64,000 bases of DNA. Origin: Octopus vulgaris. Taxonomy: Eukaryota. Both the position numbers and the translations under genes were made by a program. This document shows positions 13,141 to 25,344 of the stretch, piece after piece (position 1 is the stretch's first letter; the number at the start of each line of letters is the position of its first letter). Where the stretch lies: positions 26,474,001 to 26,538,000 of the forward strand of contig OX597818.1 of NCBI GenBank assembly GCA_951406725.2, given 5' to 3'. The notes beneath the pieces were generated by a model. That model did not search any database and had not been told where the DNA came from. It worked only from the letters and a program-made list of their open reading frames with translations.

Positions 13141-14051
13141 AGTACTGGAGTCAATACATTTGACTCTAAATTCTTCAAGGTGGTGCCCCAGCATGGCTTC
13201 AGTCTACTGAATGAAACTAGTAAAAGATAACAGATTTTGATAATCTTGACTGAAATGCACAGGTCTTAGTGTGTAGAAAACTGTAATCATATCACTAGAT
13301 GTCAACAAATTTACTAAAGCATCTTTTGCAATAGATACACTTTAGAGGGAAATGGCTGAAAGGATAAGATTTTGGACTATTAACTTATAGGTTGCCAGGT
13401 AATCTTCATCCTACCCAGTGAATAAAGTAAAGCCAAGTTCTAAATCTCATGAGTTCTTCAGAGCTTTAGAGCGATTTACATTAAATTTGCATATGCAAGC
13501 AAGTATACCTTCAGATATTATAGGTACTGAGAGACAGAGTATAGAAATACTCACATTGACAACACTTTGTCATACTAAAGGAATATATTGATACAAATTA
13601 TTCATGCAAAGTAAATAGCAATAGCCTTCATATGCTTGAATCAGTAATTCTGCTTAGTAAATCATTACATGAATACACAGTGAAATTTGCCCATAGATAG
13701 GTGCTAGCATTCCTCACCTGTTAATATGTGATTGAGTGACATCACACATTCATTTCCAGAGGAAATATACACACCATATACATATTCTATAGATAAGTCA
13801 CAACAAGAGTTCCATGATATTCCATTCTACTAAGCTGCCAACTACACATTATATATTGCAATTCTTCTGCAAAGCATACATTCACAATCTTCACATTATT
13901 GCTGCTGGTTTGCTAAATAGACATAAGTGTGCCTACAAATGGTTTGATTCTTTACTCAGTACTAATAAAGATTCTAAAAAAACCAATCTGTGTTTGTATG
14001 CATATTGATATCTGTATCTAGCTATCCATATTTCTATCTGTCTGGCATTAA

Positions 14052-14090
<39 letters not shown>

Positions 14091-14091
14091 A

Positions 14092-14148
<57 letters not shown>

Positions 14149-14424
14149 CCTTGTATTTGAACACTATGCAAATATTCTTTTAAAAAAACTTTTCTTTTAA
14201 TTTTTCTAAAATTTAATTGTTTTCCGTACTTAGAGTTGAAAAAGTCTCAATGACTGAAACCGGTACTGAAATGTTTTTTATAAAATTATTTTAGCATTTT
14301 CTACCTTGACTTTTTTTTCCATATATATATATACATGCACACTTACACATACATACATATATACACACATACATATATATACACACACACATAGAGGGAG
14401 TGATGTACACACTGCATATGTATG

Positions 14425-14485
<61 letters not shown>

Positions 14486-14486
<1 letters not shown>

Positions 14487-14905
14487 TCTTTTACTTGTTT
14501 CAGTCATTTCAATGTGGTCATGCTGGAGCACCACCTTTAGTCAAACAAATCGACCCCAGGACTTATTCTTTGTAAGCCAAGAACTTATATTATTGGTCTC
14601 TAATGCCGAACTGCTAAGCTACGAGGACATAAACACACCAACATCGGTTGTCAGATGATGATGATGGGACAAACACAGACACAAATACATATATACATAC
14701 ATACATATATAACATCATCATCATCATTGTTTAATGTCCCTATGATGGACTTCTTTCAGTTTCCATTTACCATATCCACTCACAAAGCTTTGGTCAGCCT
14801 GAGGCTATAGTAGAGGATACATGCCCAAGGTGCCACACAGGGGGACTGAACCTGAACCATGTGGTTGCGAAACAAACTTCTTACCAGACAGCTACTCCTA
14901 TGCCT
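14486..14905 (-). mobile_element. Family A SINE
   Basis: Reverse complement of the 12756-13140 element, with a small insertion. Confidence 0.85.
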
Positions 14906-15135
14906 TGTATATATGTGTGTGTATGTATGTGTGTGTGTATATATATATATTTGGATATGTATGTATATTTTATATCATCATCATCATATAATATCTGCGT
15001 TCCATGCTAGCATGGATGGGACTAATACATGCTAACATACATACATACATATATGTGTGTGTGTATGTATATATGGAAATGCATATATGTGTGTGTGTGT
15101 ATATATATATGTATGTATATATATGTCTGTGTGTA

Positions 15136-15177
<42 letters not shown>

Positions 15178-15251
15178 TATATATATACATGTATATATAT
15201 ATTTGTATATATATATGTATATATATATGTATGTATATATGCATATATAGT

Positions 15252-15600
15252 GAAGGCGCGTGGCTCAGTGGTTAGAGCGTCGAGCTTATGATCGTGAGGT
15301 TGTGAGCTCGAATCCCGGTCCGGGCTGCGTGTTGTGTTCTTGAGCAAGACGCTTTATTTCACGTTGCTCCAGTTCACTCAGCTGTAGAAATGAGTTGCGA
15401 CGTCACAGGTGCCAAGCTGTATCGGCCCTTGCCTTTCCCTTGGACAACATCGGTGACGTGGAGAGGGGATGCCGGTATGCATGGGCGACTGCTGGTCTTC
15501 CATAAAAAAAAAACAACCTTGCCCAGACTTGTGCCTTAGAGGGTAACTCTCTAGGTGCAAACCCATGGTCAGTGTCTGACGGAATGGGGTCACCACCAAT
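15252..15600 (+). mobile_element. tRNA-derived SINE (family C)
   Basis: Clear A box TGGCTCAGTGG and B-box-like GCTCGAATCC, then GTGTTGTGTTCTTGAGCAAGAC. A second copy is on the minus strand at 48805-49130. Confidence 0.85.
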
Positions 15601-15689
15601 ATGCATATATATATATACATGTATATATATATTTATATATATGCATATATATACATGAATATATATAAATGTATATATGTATATAAATT

Positions 15690-16244
15690 AGAGATGAATC
15701 ACCATGTAGCAATTCAAAAATGATATAATTAAATCATACCATATAGAAAAAAATTAAAGATATGATAAAACATTTACCTAGAACTAAATAAAGAATGAAA
15801 TAATAAATAAATAATATATAATTAGTAAATAGACTACATGTGTTTTGTGGCTATATTTTCAAACTGATAACAGTAAAATCAATTCAATTTAAATATAGTC
15901 ACTCATCAGGTCCAAGATAAAAACAATAAAATAATTAAATAAATGTACGTATATTATCTTATAAGAAAATATCAATATATATATAAAAATATGTAATTTT
16001 TCAATAAAAAAATCGAACAAAATTCAACAATATATCTTAAAATAAAACACAAAATATCTTATCAAATATATTCTGTTAACTAAAGCTTTAAACTTAATAC
16101 GCAGGACTTATTGTTTATTATAAATTTATCTTGTTAAAAATGTGGTGTAAATAAAACTAGAATAAATAGATATAAATATTTATTTTATGAATGAAAATAT
16201 ATTTTAGCTTATAGAAAAAAAAACTATTACAAGTAATTAAATCA

Positions 16245-16305
<61 letters not shown>

Positions 16306-16740
16306 CATAATATACATTAAGTGAAGCTAAAATATAAAATACTATAATTTAATCAATATACATTAAATTATTTATTTATTTAATAAATATCTAAGTTAAA
16401 TCTTATTCTAATTAAGTAATATATACTAAAAAACTTCATGCTAATTTATATACATAATACTACTACAAACTATGACTACAAGAATTGAAAATAGAAAAAT
16501 GGTTCAAATATATACACACAAATTAGTTAAAGCTACTATATAATTAATTTATATATAGATTTAATATTACACTCATTTATAGAATTAACCAAAGTTTCAA
16601 TTATTATTAAAAGTATTTATTTAAATACAATATTATATAGCAAATAAAAATTCCTACCTATTCGATAATATTTAGTCTTACAAAACTATTTCACAATTTA
16701 AATTATATGTAATACGTTAATTCACAAGATAATAACAAAA
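15690..16740 (-). mobile_element. Extremely AT-rich segment carrying a hammerhead motif (probable non-autonomous Penelope-type derivative)
   Basis: Very high AT content between microsatellites, with a hammerhead at 15830-15914. The element boundaries are inferred. Confidence 0.4.
15830..15914 (-). ncRNA. Type I hammerhead ribozyme motif (one core mutation)
   Basis: Minus strand reads TGGAC-CTGATGA-GTGACTATATTT...AAATATAGCCAC-(G>A)AAA-C-ACAT-G-TA-GTCTA. Stem II has 11 of 12 pairs, stem I is TGGAC/GTCTA and the triplet is GUA. Confidence 0.75.
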
Positions 16741-16766
16741 AAAAAAAAATACATATATGTATATAT

Positions 16767-16955
16767 ACTCTTTTACTCGTTTCAGTCATTTTGACTGCGG
16801 CCATGCTGGAGCACCGCCTTTAGTCGAGCAAATCGACCCCGGGACTTATTCTTTGTAAGCCCAGTACTTATTTTATCGGTCTCTTTTGCCGAACCGCTAA
16901 GTGACGGGGACGTAAACACACCAGCATCGGTTGACAAGCAATGCTAGGGACACAA

Positions 16956-16987
<32 letters not shown>

Positions 16988-17187
16988 CTATCTATATATA
17001 TATATATATATACACATATATACGACAGGCTTCTTTCAGTTTCCGTCTACCAAATCCACTCGGAAGGCATTGGTCGGCCCAGGGCTATAGCAGAAGACAC
17101 TTGCCCAAGATGCCACGCAGTGGGACTGAACCCGGAACCATGTGGTTGGTTAGCAAGCTACTTACCACACAGCCACTCCTGCGCCTA
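16767..17187 (-). mobile_element. Family A SINE, full length, young
   Basis: Near-identical reverse complement of 12756-13140. Confidence 0.9.
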
Positions 17188-17261
17188 TATACATATGTAT
17201 ATACATATATACATATGTATATATGTATGTGTATATATGTATATATATATGTGTATGTGTT

Positions 17262-17441
17262 GGAACGTAAAAAGCAGCCACTACACTCACGGAGTGGTTG
17301 GTGTTAGGAAGGGCATCTAGCTGTAGAAACACTGCCAGATCAGACTGGATCCTGGTGAATCCTCCTGGCTTCGCAGACCCTGGTCGAACTGTCCAACCCA
17401 TACTAGCATGGAAAACGGACGTTAAACAATGATGATGATGA
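17262..17441 (+). mobile_element. Family D repeat
   Basis: GGAGTGGTTGGTGTTAGGAAGGGCATC...GGACGTTAAACAATGATGATGAT. Confidence 0.85.
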
Positions 17442-17464
17442 TATATACATGTGTGTATATATAC

Positions 17465-17665
17465 AGTTGCAATTTACAAATAAACAAGAGATGAAGACAG
17501 GTGTGTGAATAAGTAGTTGTACGAGTTTGATGCTCAGGAAAGAGTGAAAGTCTTTTACGCTTTGAGCCTACCCTCTTCAATAGAAAGGAATATGAAGAAA
17601 TAGAGAGAGAGAGAGAGAGAGAATAAAAAACTTGTGGATTTGGTGATCAATGATGGCAGCTGATT
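17465..17665 (-). mobile_element. Short repeat with decayed minimal hammerhead (17552-17587); related to 48350-48530 and 50445-50640
   Basis: Shares the plus-strand layout ...GCTCAGGAA...CTTTTACG.TT.GAGCC...CTCTTC...AGAAAGG with the other two copies. Confidence 0.6.
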
Positions 17666-18189
17666 GGAAAAAAGAGTTTGACAGGTGAGCTTGGACGAAG
17701 TGGAGATAATTAAGTACTGGTGATCTTTAAATGAAGGTGCATGTGCATAGGTGAGTGTGTGTGTGTGTGTGCGCGTGTGTAGATAGGGGCTAGTGACTTT
17801 GATGTGTGGATGTGTGCGTGTGTTAGTGTGTGCTTCTGTAATGTGTGGGTGTGTGCACGATGCTGTGTGGGTGTGTGGATGATTATGTCTGGGTGTGCAG
17901 ATGGTGGTGGGAAGTGGTTAGTGCTAGTGCTTGTGGAGTGGTGTGATGTGGTGTGGGGATGGTGGTGTGGATATTGGTCTGGAGTGATGGGGTATGTGGG
18001 ATGTGGGGGTTGGAGTGCTGATGCATATTTTTTCCCTATAAATACTTTTATATGCTATAAAAAAGAAAATTTGAGAAATTATGAATATTTTGCAATCCCA
18101 CTCTCTGCCCCCATTTGTTTCTGTTTAGAAATTAAAATATTGGAGAGCCTGAGAAGATCATTGCTGGTATTTATCCTCAGTGATTTAAA

Positions 18190-18446
18190 AAAAAATTACA
18201 GAGATGTACTTGCATAGCAAGTGACTTGATCTGAGATCGTGTGCTGAAACAAAAACAGCTGCAGCATGGAACAAAAACAATTGCAGCATATTTGTAAACC
18301 ATGTAAGAACACACAAATACTGTTAGTTTCACTTCAACATTAAAACTTCTTTTGTGTCAAAATATTTTCATCGCTTTGAAACCATGACCTGTTCACTGAT
18401 AAAACTTCACAAAAGTGATGCAGCACGAAGTTTTGTCAGTGAACAG
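18190..18446 (-). mobile_element. Short Penelope-pLTR-like element with variant hammerhead (18355-18401) and terminal inversion
   Basis: Minus strand reads TATCA-GTGAACA-GGTCATGG...GCGAT-GAAA-ATATTT-TGACA. An inverted repeat CTGTTCACTGATAAAACTTC / GAAGTTTTGTCAGTGAACAG spans 18389-18446. Confidence 0.55.
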
Positions 18447-18789
18447 CACACACACACACACACACACATGCACGCACACATGCACACATTGCCTTTCATT
18501 TGTATGTATGTGTATCTGTGTGTGTGTGTGAGTGAGTATTGGTGTGTGTGCATGTGTCACTGTTGAAGTTGTGTTTGAAAACTGTGAATAAGGTGCAAGT
18601 TTTGAGTACTTGTCGGTAACTTTTTGTTTTTTTCTCCTCGTCTTCTGATAGAAATTACCCAAATTTCTAGGCTCTTAGCTATCCCGCGTTCGAAAATTAT
18701 ACAGGTATTTAAAAATATTTTTACATTACATATACATTAATAGTGAATTAAAACTTGAAAGAGAAAGTGAGGGACTAAACTCTGCTTGT

Positions 18790-19282
18790 GAAGACCTGAG
18801 GCAAGTGAAATCGAAATCAAATCAAATTTGCAAAATCGATGACTGGTACCCATGCCAGTGGAGTGCTAAGAGCACCATCCAAGCGTGATTGGTGCCAGAG
18901 CAGCTGACTGGCTCCCATGCCAGTGTCACGTAAAAAGCACCGTTCAAACATGATCGTTACCAGTGTCGCCTTACTGGCAATTGTGCCGCAGGCACGTGAA
19001 AAACATTCAAGTGAGGTCATTGCCAGTGCTGCTGGTGGCATGTAAAAAATAGCACTTGAGCGTGGCCGTTACCAGTACCACCTGACTGGCCCTTGTGCCA
19101 GTGGCACGTAAAAGCACCCACTGCACTCTCAGAGTGGTTGGCGTTAGGAAGGGCATCCAGCTGTAGAAACTCTGCCAGATCAGATTGGAGCCTGGTGAAG
19201 CCATCTGGTTCGCCAGTCCTCTGTCAAATCGTCCAACCCATGCTAGCATGGAAAGCAGACGTTAAACGATTATGATGATGAT
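18790..19282 (+). mobile_element. Long family D copy with internal GCCAGTGGCACGTAAAAAGCACC repeats
   Basis: Colinear with 46395-46790 and ends in (GAT)n. Confidence 0.85.
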
Positions 19283-21774
19283 ATGTATGTATATGTATAT
19301 ATATATATGTACATACATATATATCATTTAATGCCAAAATATGATTGGCACAAAATATTTCATGGACATGCTTTAGACTCTAGCCCACAAGTATGATTTC
19401 TTCTCACCTGTCTTTATGTTTTCTGCCAGTACTTTTATGTCCTTTGTTCCTCAGAGCTGAATGGTTTCTACCTGATCCCTTCAATCACCCCTAACTCACT
19501 ATCTCTCTATTTCTCACCACCCTCGGTGTATCCAACCCCTCCTTGTCTCACACTAACCACCATGCTTAGTCCTTCCTCCAGTAATTGGCTCTGTAGATCT
19601 TTTCATTGTTCTTGTCCCTCCTGCAGGTGTTGACTTGCAACAGTTTAGAGAAAATGTTATAGCATCAACCACAGTTGTTTCAGAGGGTTATCTGTCTAAC
19701 TGTCTCTCTGTCTCTCCATCTGTTTGTATCATCTTCATCATAACCATGACCATCATCATCATCATTATTTATTAACTGATTTCCATATAGGTATGGATTT
19801 GACAAGTCATTATGGTCCAAGTCATTTCTTATTGGGAACCACTGCACTCATATACTCATTCTTGTACATGTTACTTGGCTTTGTTTCTTCAGCTGGATGT
19901 CCTTACTGCATGTATTGGGTGCATTTTCTCATGGCACTAACACTAGAGAGGCTGTTTTGTTCTCACAAGGCAGTACTAAAGGTTCCCTACACTTTCTTAG
20001 CTCATTTGCTAATCACTTTACACTTTGTAACGGGCATATTTTTTGTGGCACCAGCAGTAGAGTTGTTATTTTGGTTACCAATCAGTCAGAGGGAGCACAG
20101 GTAGTGCTTTCTGTAGTTCCACCAGCAGAGGACAGGGCTTGTATACAATAACTGTAGGAAGTATTCAGTAACCTAAAAAGGAACAGGAAAGAGGAGAGAG
20201 AGAGAGAGAGTGATGACAGCAAAAAGATCAGAACTGGTGAAGGAAATAAAAAAGGCAGGGTTTTAGGGATGTAAATATAAGGAGAGTGACTGGTAATAGC
20301 TGAAGTGGACAAATACAAAGTAGGTGATGGGTGGCAACAGAAGTGGCCCAGATGAGAGGAAGGAATGACTGGCAGTATAGAAAGGGAAAAGTTAATGTGT
20401 ATTGAGTACATTGGTTAAAGTAAGTTATAGAAGAAATTAATAGGAATATGAAACAAATTAAATTGAAAGACTCAGTCTTTGAGTAGTGCAACAGAACTAG
20501 TGCTAATAACTAAAACTATTATTTCAAATTATAGAGCTTCCATATTGTATGGAAAACTGTTTAACAATTTTTTCTATGTGACTAAAGGCACAAAATGTCT
20601 TTAAAGACTTTTACAGACCGTTTTTAACTGATGTCACACTTCTATAAAAATCTAATTCAGATAAAAATATCAGAAAAGTGAATTGAAATAACAAATAACA
20701 TATATAATAAATAACATAAAATTATATAAAAGTTAGTTTTTTTCTGTTGTGTGTCAGTCTTTTAATTATATTTATATTTTCCATTTTTATTCATTTCCTT
20801 CATCTACCGCTTTATTTGGGTTATTACTTTTACCTTCAAACTTTCAATGGTATCCCCTAATTTATTCACTGTTAAGTTGAGGTCTTCATTGTTGCATTGT
20901 TTAACTGTCTTGAAATATTCTATGGGTTTTGTCTTTGAATATTCCTTTCTGTAGATTTATAATTCCTGTAATTCAGTCATTTCATTGGTTTCTTTTCTAT
21001 ATCTAGCAATGTCTTTTAAACATTGATATTTTACTCAAACTGGTTCTAAATGCTTCCATGACTCACTATAAAATGAACAATAAAAAAAAAAAGGTTGGAA
21101 ACTTAGCAAAACAAAAAAAAACATTTCAAATGAGTAAAATTTATTCTGAAAAAATATTTCAAATTTAGAATCTTTTTTTTGCATTCCTTCTTTTACATAA
21201 TAATGCTGATTAAATGTTTTTCTTTTATTTCTCTGTCATGTATCATTACAAAAATACTTCAACATGCATCAAGCAGATTCCTTTTATGGCGATTCCACAT
21301 AAACATAAACCAATACACAATATATTGCATTGCAATCATACAGGCAAATAACTTGTTTGTTTTGCTTCCAAGCACTATCTTCCTTTCTCTCTCTTTCTTT
21401 CTCTCTTTCTTCTATGTACATTTAATTCTAGATTAAGATCACCAGAAGGTTCTGATTTCAATCCCCACTAAAGGTAGCATTTCAAAAAATAGCAGGAGGA
21501 TACTAGGCGTCATTACCTAGATGGGCCTGGCTGCCTAAGAGTGTCAGGAAAATTAAAGGTGTCTATTTGCTTCCTGCATATCTGTGTAGACTGATAGAAA
21601 ACTGTTACAAGATTGTGAAGGTTCATGAGCTAATGATTTGGGTGTTTGGCATAAAGTAAGATCTGGTGACATAACACATCCTTGTCTAACCCCTCTCTTG
21701 ATGCTAGTGTAATTACTGCAGTCTCCATCTATTTTTATGCATGCTGATTAGTTCTAATACTTGTTCTGCAAGGT

Positions 21775-22297
21775 TTGGAGGCCTTCCCATACAGATCAAG
21801 GTTACTGAATTCTTCAAATAACATGCCTTATCTTACTTTGTTGAAGGCCTTTGTGTAATCTATGAAACACCCGAAGATGTCTTTATGCATCTCTACAGCC
21901 TACCCTATTATCATTCTCTATACAAAAATAGCATTCCTAGTACCAACTCTCATTATGAAGCCAACCTGTTCAATTTCAATCTCAGCTGTTCTGTTTCTTG
22001 CTCACAGTAGTAAATTTCTCAGAATGATCTTTGTAACGTGATTCATGAGACCAATTGTGCAATGTTGTTCACATCCACTGCTCTTGATATCTTCGGGAGT
22101 GCAATAAAAGATCTCAATCAATACTGAGATCTTCTGGAAATTTCCCATCATCATAGATCTTCTTTATTACATCTGTCAGTTTTCTAATCCCATATTCCTC
22201 TAACAGTTTTATCATCTCAGTGAAAATCCTGCCTGGTCCAGCAGCTTTGTTCTTCATCATTTTGATGGCTGCCCGTACTTCAGATGGCAGGATCTGT
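21775..22297 (-). mobile_element. RTE-clade LINE reverse-transcriptase fragment
   Basis: Translates to ILPSEVRAAIKMMKNKAAGPGRIFTEMIKLLEEYGIRKLTDVIKKIYDDGKFPEDL...F..LPK...TIGLMNHVTKIILR...Q.GF...GTRNAIF...FIDYTKAFNKV, with stops and frameshifts. Confidence 0.88.
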
Positions 22298-23039
22298 ACT
22301 GTTATAAGTACCTGTACTTGGTGGTTTTGATGTTGTATTGTTATCCAAGAGTAACTCTAACATAGTTACCTTTGTTGGAATTGAATTATTTCTATTTCTA
22401 GTACCAACATCAATGAGATATCCACTAGGATAAAGAAATATTATGTTGTTTTAATTGTACATTTTTTTAATTCCGTTCCTCTTTTGTTTCTTATTTGGTC
22501 TTAATTATTGATTGAGATGGTTATGGTTGACATGTTGAGTATAACTCATTCTCAAATGATGAATATAACTTATACTCATCACATTAAATGACTCACTCTC
22601 TCACTTCTTCCCTCAACTGTTTCTCATATCTTTCCACCTGTGTCTCTTTGTTTCTCATCTTGACTATATTACTAATTAACACCCCAATATCTTATTCTCA
22701 TTTATATCCCCCACCTCTTTACCTATGTATCTGTTTCTCTTTTTTTTTTTTTTGTTTTTCTTTCTCTGTCTATCTGTCACTCTACCTTTTCTGTCCATCT
22801 TTCTGTTTACTCTCATTGTCTATCTCTACCAAATACTTATTTTCAAATCAAATACTCCCATGCTTAGAAAACCAAACCCTTTTACTTATTTATATAATTT
22901 GCTTTTAAAAAACAATGATTTATCTCAGTAGACACACAACCCACAAAAGCCACAGGGATAACGGAAAAAGATGAAGCTGTAACATTCATGTTTTTCAGTA
23001 ATGGGCCGAAAACTTATCTGACACTCTTTTACTCTTTTT

Positions 23040-23240
23040 ACTCTTTTACTTGTTTCAGTCATTTGACTACAGCCATGCTGGGGCAGCGCCTTTAGTCGAG
23101 CAAATCGATCCCAGGACTTATTCTTTATAAGCCTAGTACTTATTCTATCAGTCTCTTTTGCCGAAACACTAAGTTACGGGGACGTAAACACACCAGCATC
23201 GGTTGTCAAGCGATGTTGGGGGAACAAACACAGACACACA

Positions 23241-23290
<50 letters not shown>

Positions 23291-23472
23291 TATACATATA
23301 CATATATATGATGGGCTTCTTTCAGTTTCCGTCTACCAAATCCACTCACAAGGCTTTGGTCGGCCCTAGGCTGTAGTAGAAGACACTTGCCCAAGGTGCC
23401 ATGCAGTGGGACTGAACCCGGAACCATGTGGTTGGTAAGCAAGCTACTTACCACACAGCCACTCCTACGCCT
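23040..23472 (-). mobile_element. Family A SINE, full length
   Basis: Reverse complement of 12756-13140. Confidence 0.9.
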
Positions 23473-23589
23473 GTACAAAATAATGCACTATGTGTGTGTA
23501 CATTTATGTTTGTGTACAGGGGTATCTGTTAATATGTGGATAGAGTATTATTGGACTGTTGTGGATATATAGCATAGGACTACTATGGA

Positions 23590-25344
23590 CAAGGTTATGA
23601 AATCAGTATACAAAATCTTTCACTCCAACTCCAATTCATAAATTTATGGTACCACCAACTCCATTCCTGATTCCTCTATCTGTAATTAAATTAATCTCAT
23701 TGAAAGTGCACAGTACTTATAAAGCTAATGTGAATCATCAGGCTACATTTTAGCTCCCTAAATTTGGATTTAAAGGCTATAACTATGTCATTATAATATT
23801 TTTCATAACAATTATTAAAGTTACAAACAAATAAGTGAAAGGCAAAAACTTTGCAAATAAAGAAAAAGGCGACTGTTTTTATCAAAAGGCTCTAAAGTAA
23901 AAGGATATAAAAGAAATAAACTATAGTAATATTATAAAAGAAAATTAGGAACACAATTTTTTTTTTACCAATTCAAAAAGACACCAATGTTAAAACTAAA
24001 AGATTAATGCCTAAAGGAACTTAATAAAGAACTATTTTAAAAGATATAAACTTGGTTAGATACATAACCCCTTCCTGTCTAGGATGAAAACAGAGAATTT
24101 CTGTGAATATAGCATGAAAGATTACATTAAATGAAATAAAATATATTTTGAAGGATTGGGAAGTTTATTCCTAACTAAATTTATTGAAGAGACATATAGA
24201 ATAATGGTTTAATCAAAAATCCAAATGCAAAATTTACTAATATCTTGCTCTTAGAAACAGAATTACTTTTCCCAGATCCTTTTTTGTAGAAGCCCTTAAA
24301 TCTGATGCAATTATTTTCAGCATAGAAGACTTGCCTTCCAATTCTGACTTGGGTGGGTGGCTTTGCTTGATAGAGTTCTTGCTACATTACTAATAGCCTT
24401 TGTGTAAGCAGAGATGACTAATTCTAAAGTCAGTTTCAATGAGCAGTCAGACATTTCCAGTTCTTTTAATCCTTTTTAAAAAATCCTGCTGAAATTTTTA
24501 CTTTGACATCTACAGTTTTTCTATTTTTTTCTTTTTCTTTCTTTTTCCTTTTTGTGTTGGTTTACTTTCAAATGCTTCCTTTTCATCCAAGTATGCTTCA
24601 TTTGAAGAGGATGATTGTGAATTACCAATGTTTCTAGTTTATTTGTTCTGTGTTTTGATAGTTTCAGGTACCACTTGTATTCCTTTCATGTGCATTACTA
24701 CTTCAAAGAGTGCCTCTTTCCCTTTAGCAATTTGGTCATTGTTCAACACAATTCAGTCCATTGAGGTAAATAGCTGTAAATATCAGTTAACAGGGTTTTA
24801 TTATCCAGCAAGAGATCATCTTATTTTTTTTTTTCATTGAAGATTAACTGCCATCAGCATTATATTTAAACTAGCAGTATCGCCCGGCGTTGCTTGGGTT
24901 TGTTTTGACCCTTTAGAATTGGAATTTTTGAAAAGTAAAAATTTTGCATAATGTAGCCTGTTATTCTCTGTAAGTGAACATTTTTCTGGTTGAAATACAC
25001 CAAAAAATGGCGACACAGCAGTAAAAAAATCGTAAAAAATTGGGATTTTCATAGAAAAAAAGCACCTTTTTGATGTAAATAATTTTTGGTGTTAACATGG
25101 TCCAATTTGAATTTTAACTTCTACGGAATGAAGAGCAAGCCTTCTTCTATCATACTCTCAATTTTGGTCAACTTGCGCTGCAGGGTCTTGGAGGAGATAG
25201 TGTTAGTTGAAGGCTACCAAACCTGCCACACACAGACGACTTCAGCTTTATATATATAATTAAGTTAGAGTCAATGAATTTTTATTGACATTTTTTACGC
25301 CAGAAACGCAATAATTACTATTGACTCTAAACTCCACATCTTTG
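23590..25344 (-). mobile_element. Decayed hAT DNA transposon
   Basis: Minus strand ~24245-24360 reads PPTQVRIGR..(F)SMLKIIASDLRASTKKDLGKVILFLRA, resembling the hAT C-terminal dimerisation motif (PPTQVSVERLFS.LK). Degenerate GACTCC-rich ends at 23590 and 25344. No TSD is recognisable. Confidence 0.65.
24871..25259 (-). mobile_element. Non-autonomous Helitron nested in the hAT remnant
   Basis: The minus-strand 3' end has a GC hairpin CCCAAGCAACGCCGGG followed by CTAG|T. The 5' end is A|TTATATATATAAAGCTG (canonical TC altered). CpGs are retained. Confidence 0.8.

Noticed and set aside
15252-15330. tRNA gene
   Set aside because: The A/B boxes continue directly into a SINE body that recurs at 48805-49130, so this is a SINE head.
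15770-15815. Minus-strand T-rich tract followed by TAG|GTAAAT (ratchet-like)
   Set aside because: It has a weaker donor and an upstream AG within the tract, and lies in an ultra-AT-rich repeat where such matches arise by chance.
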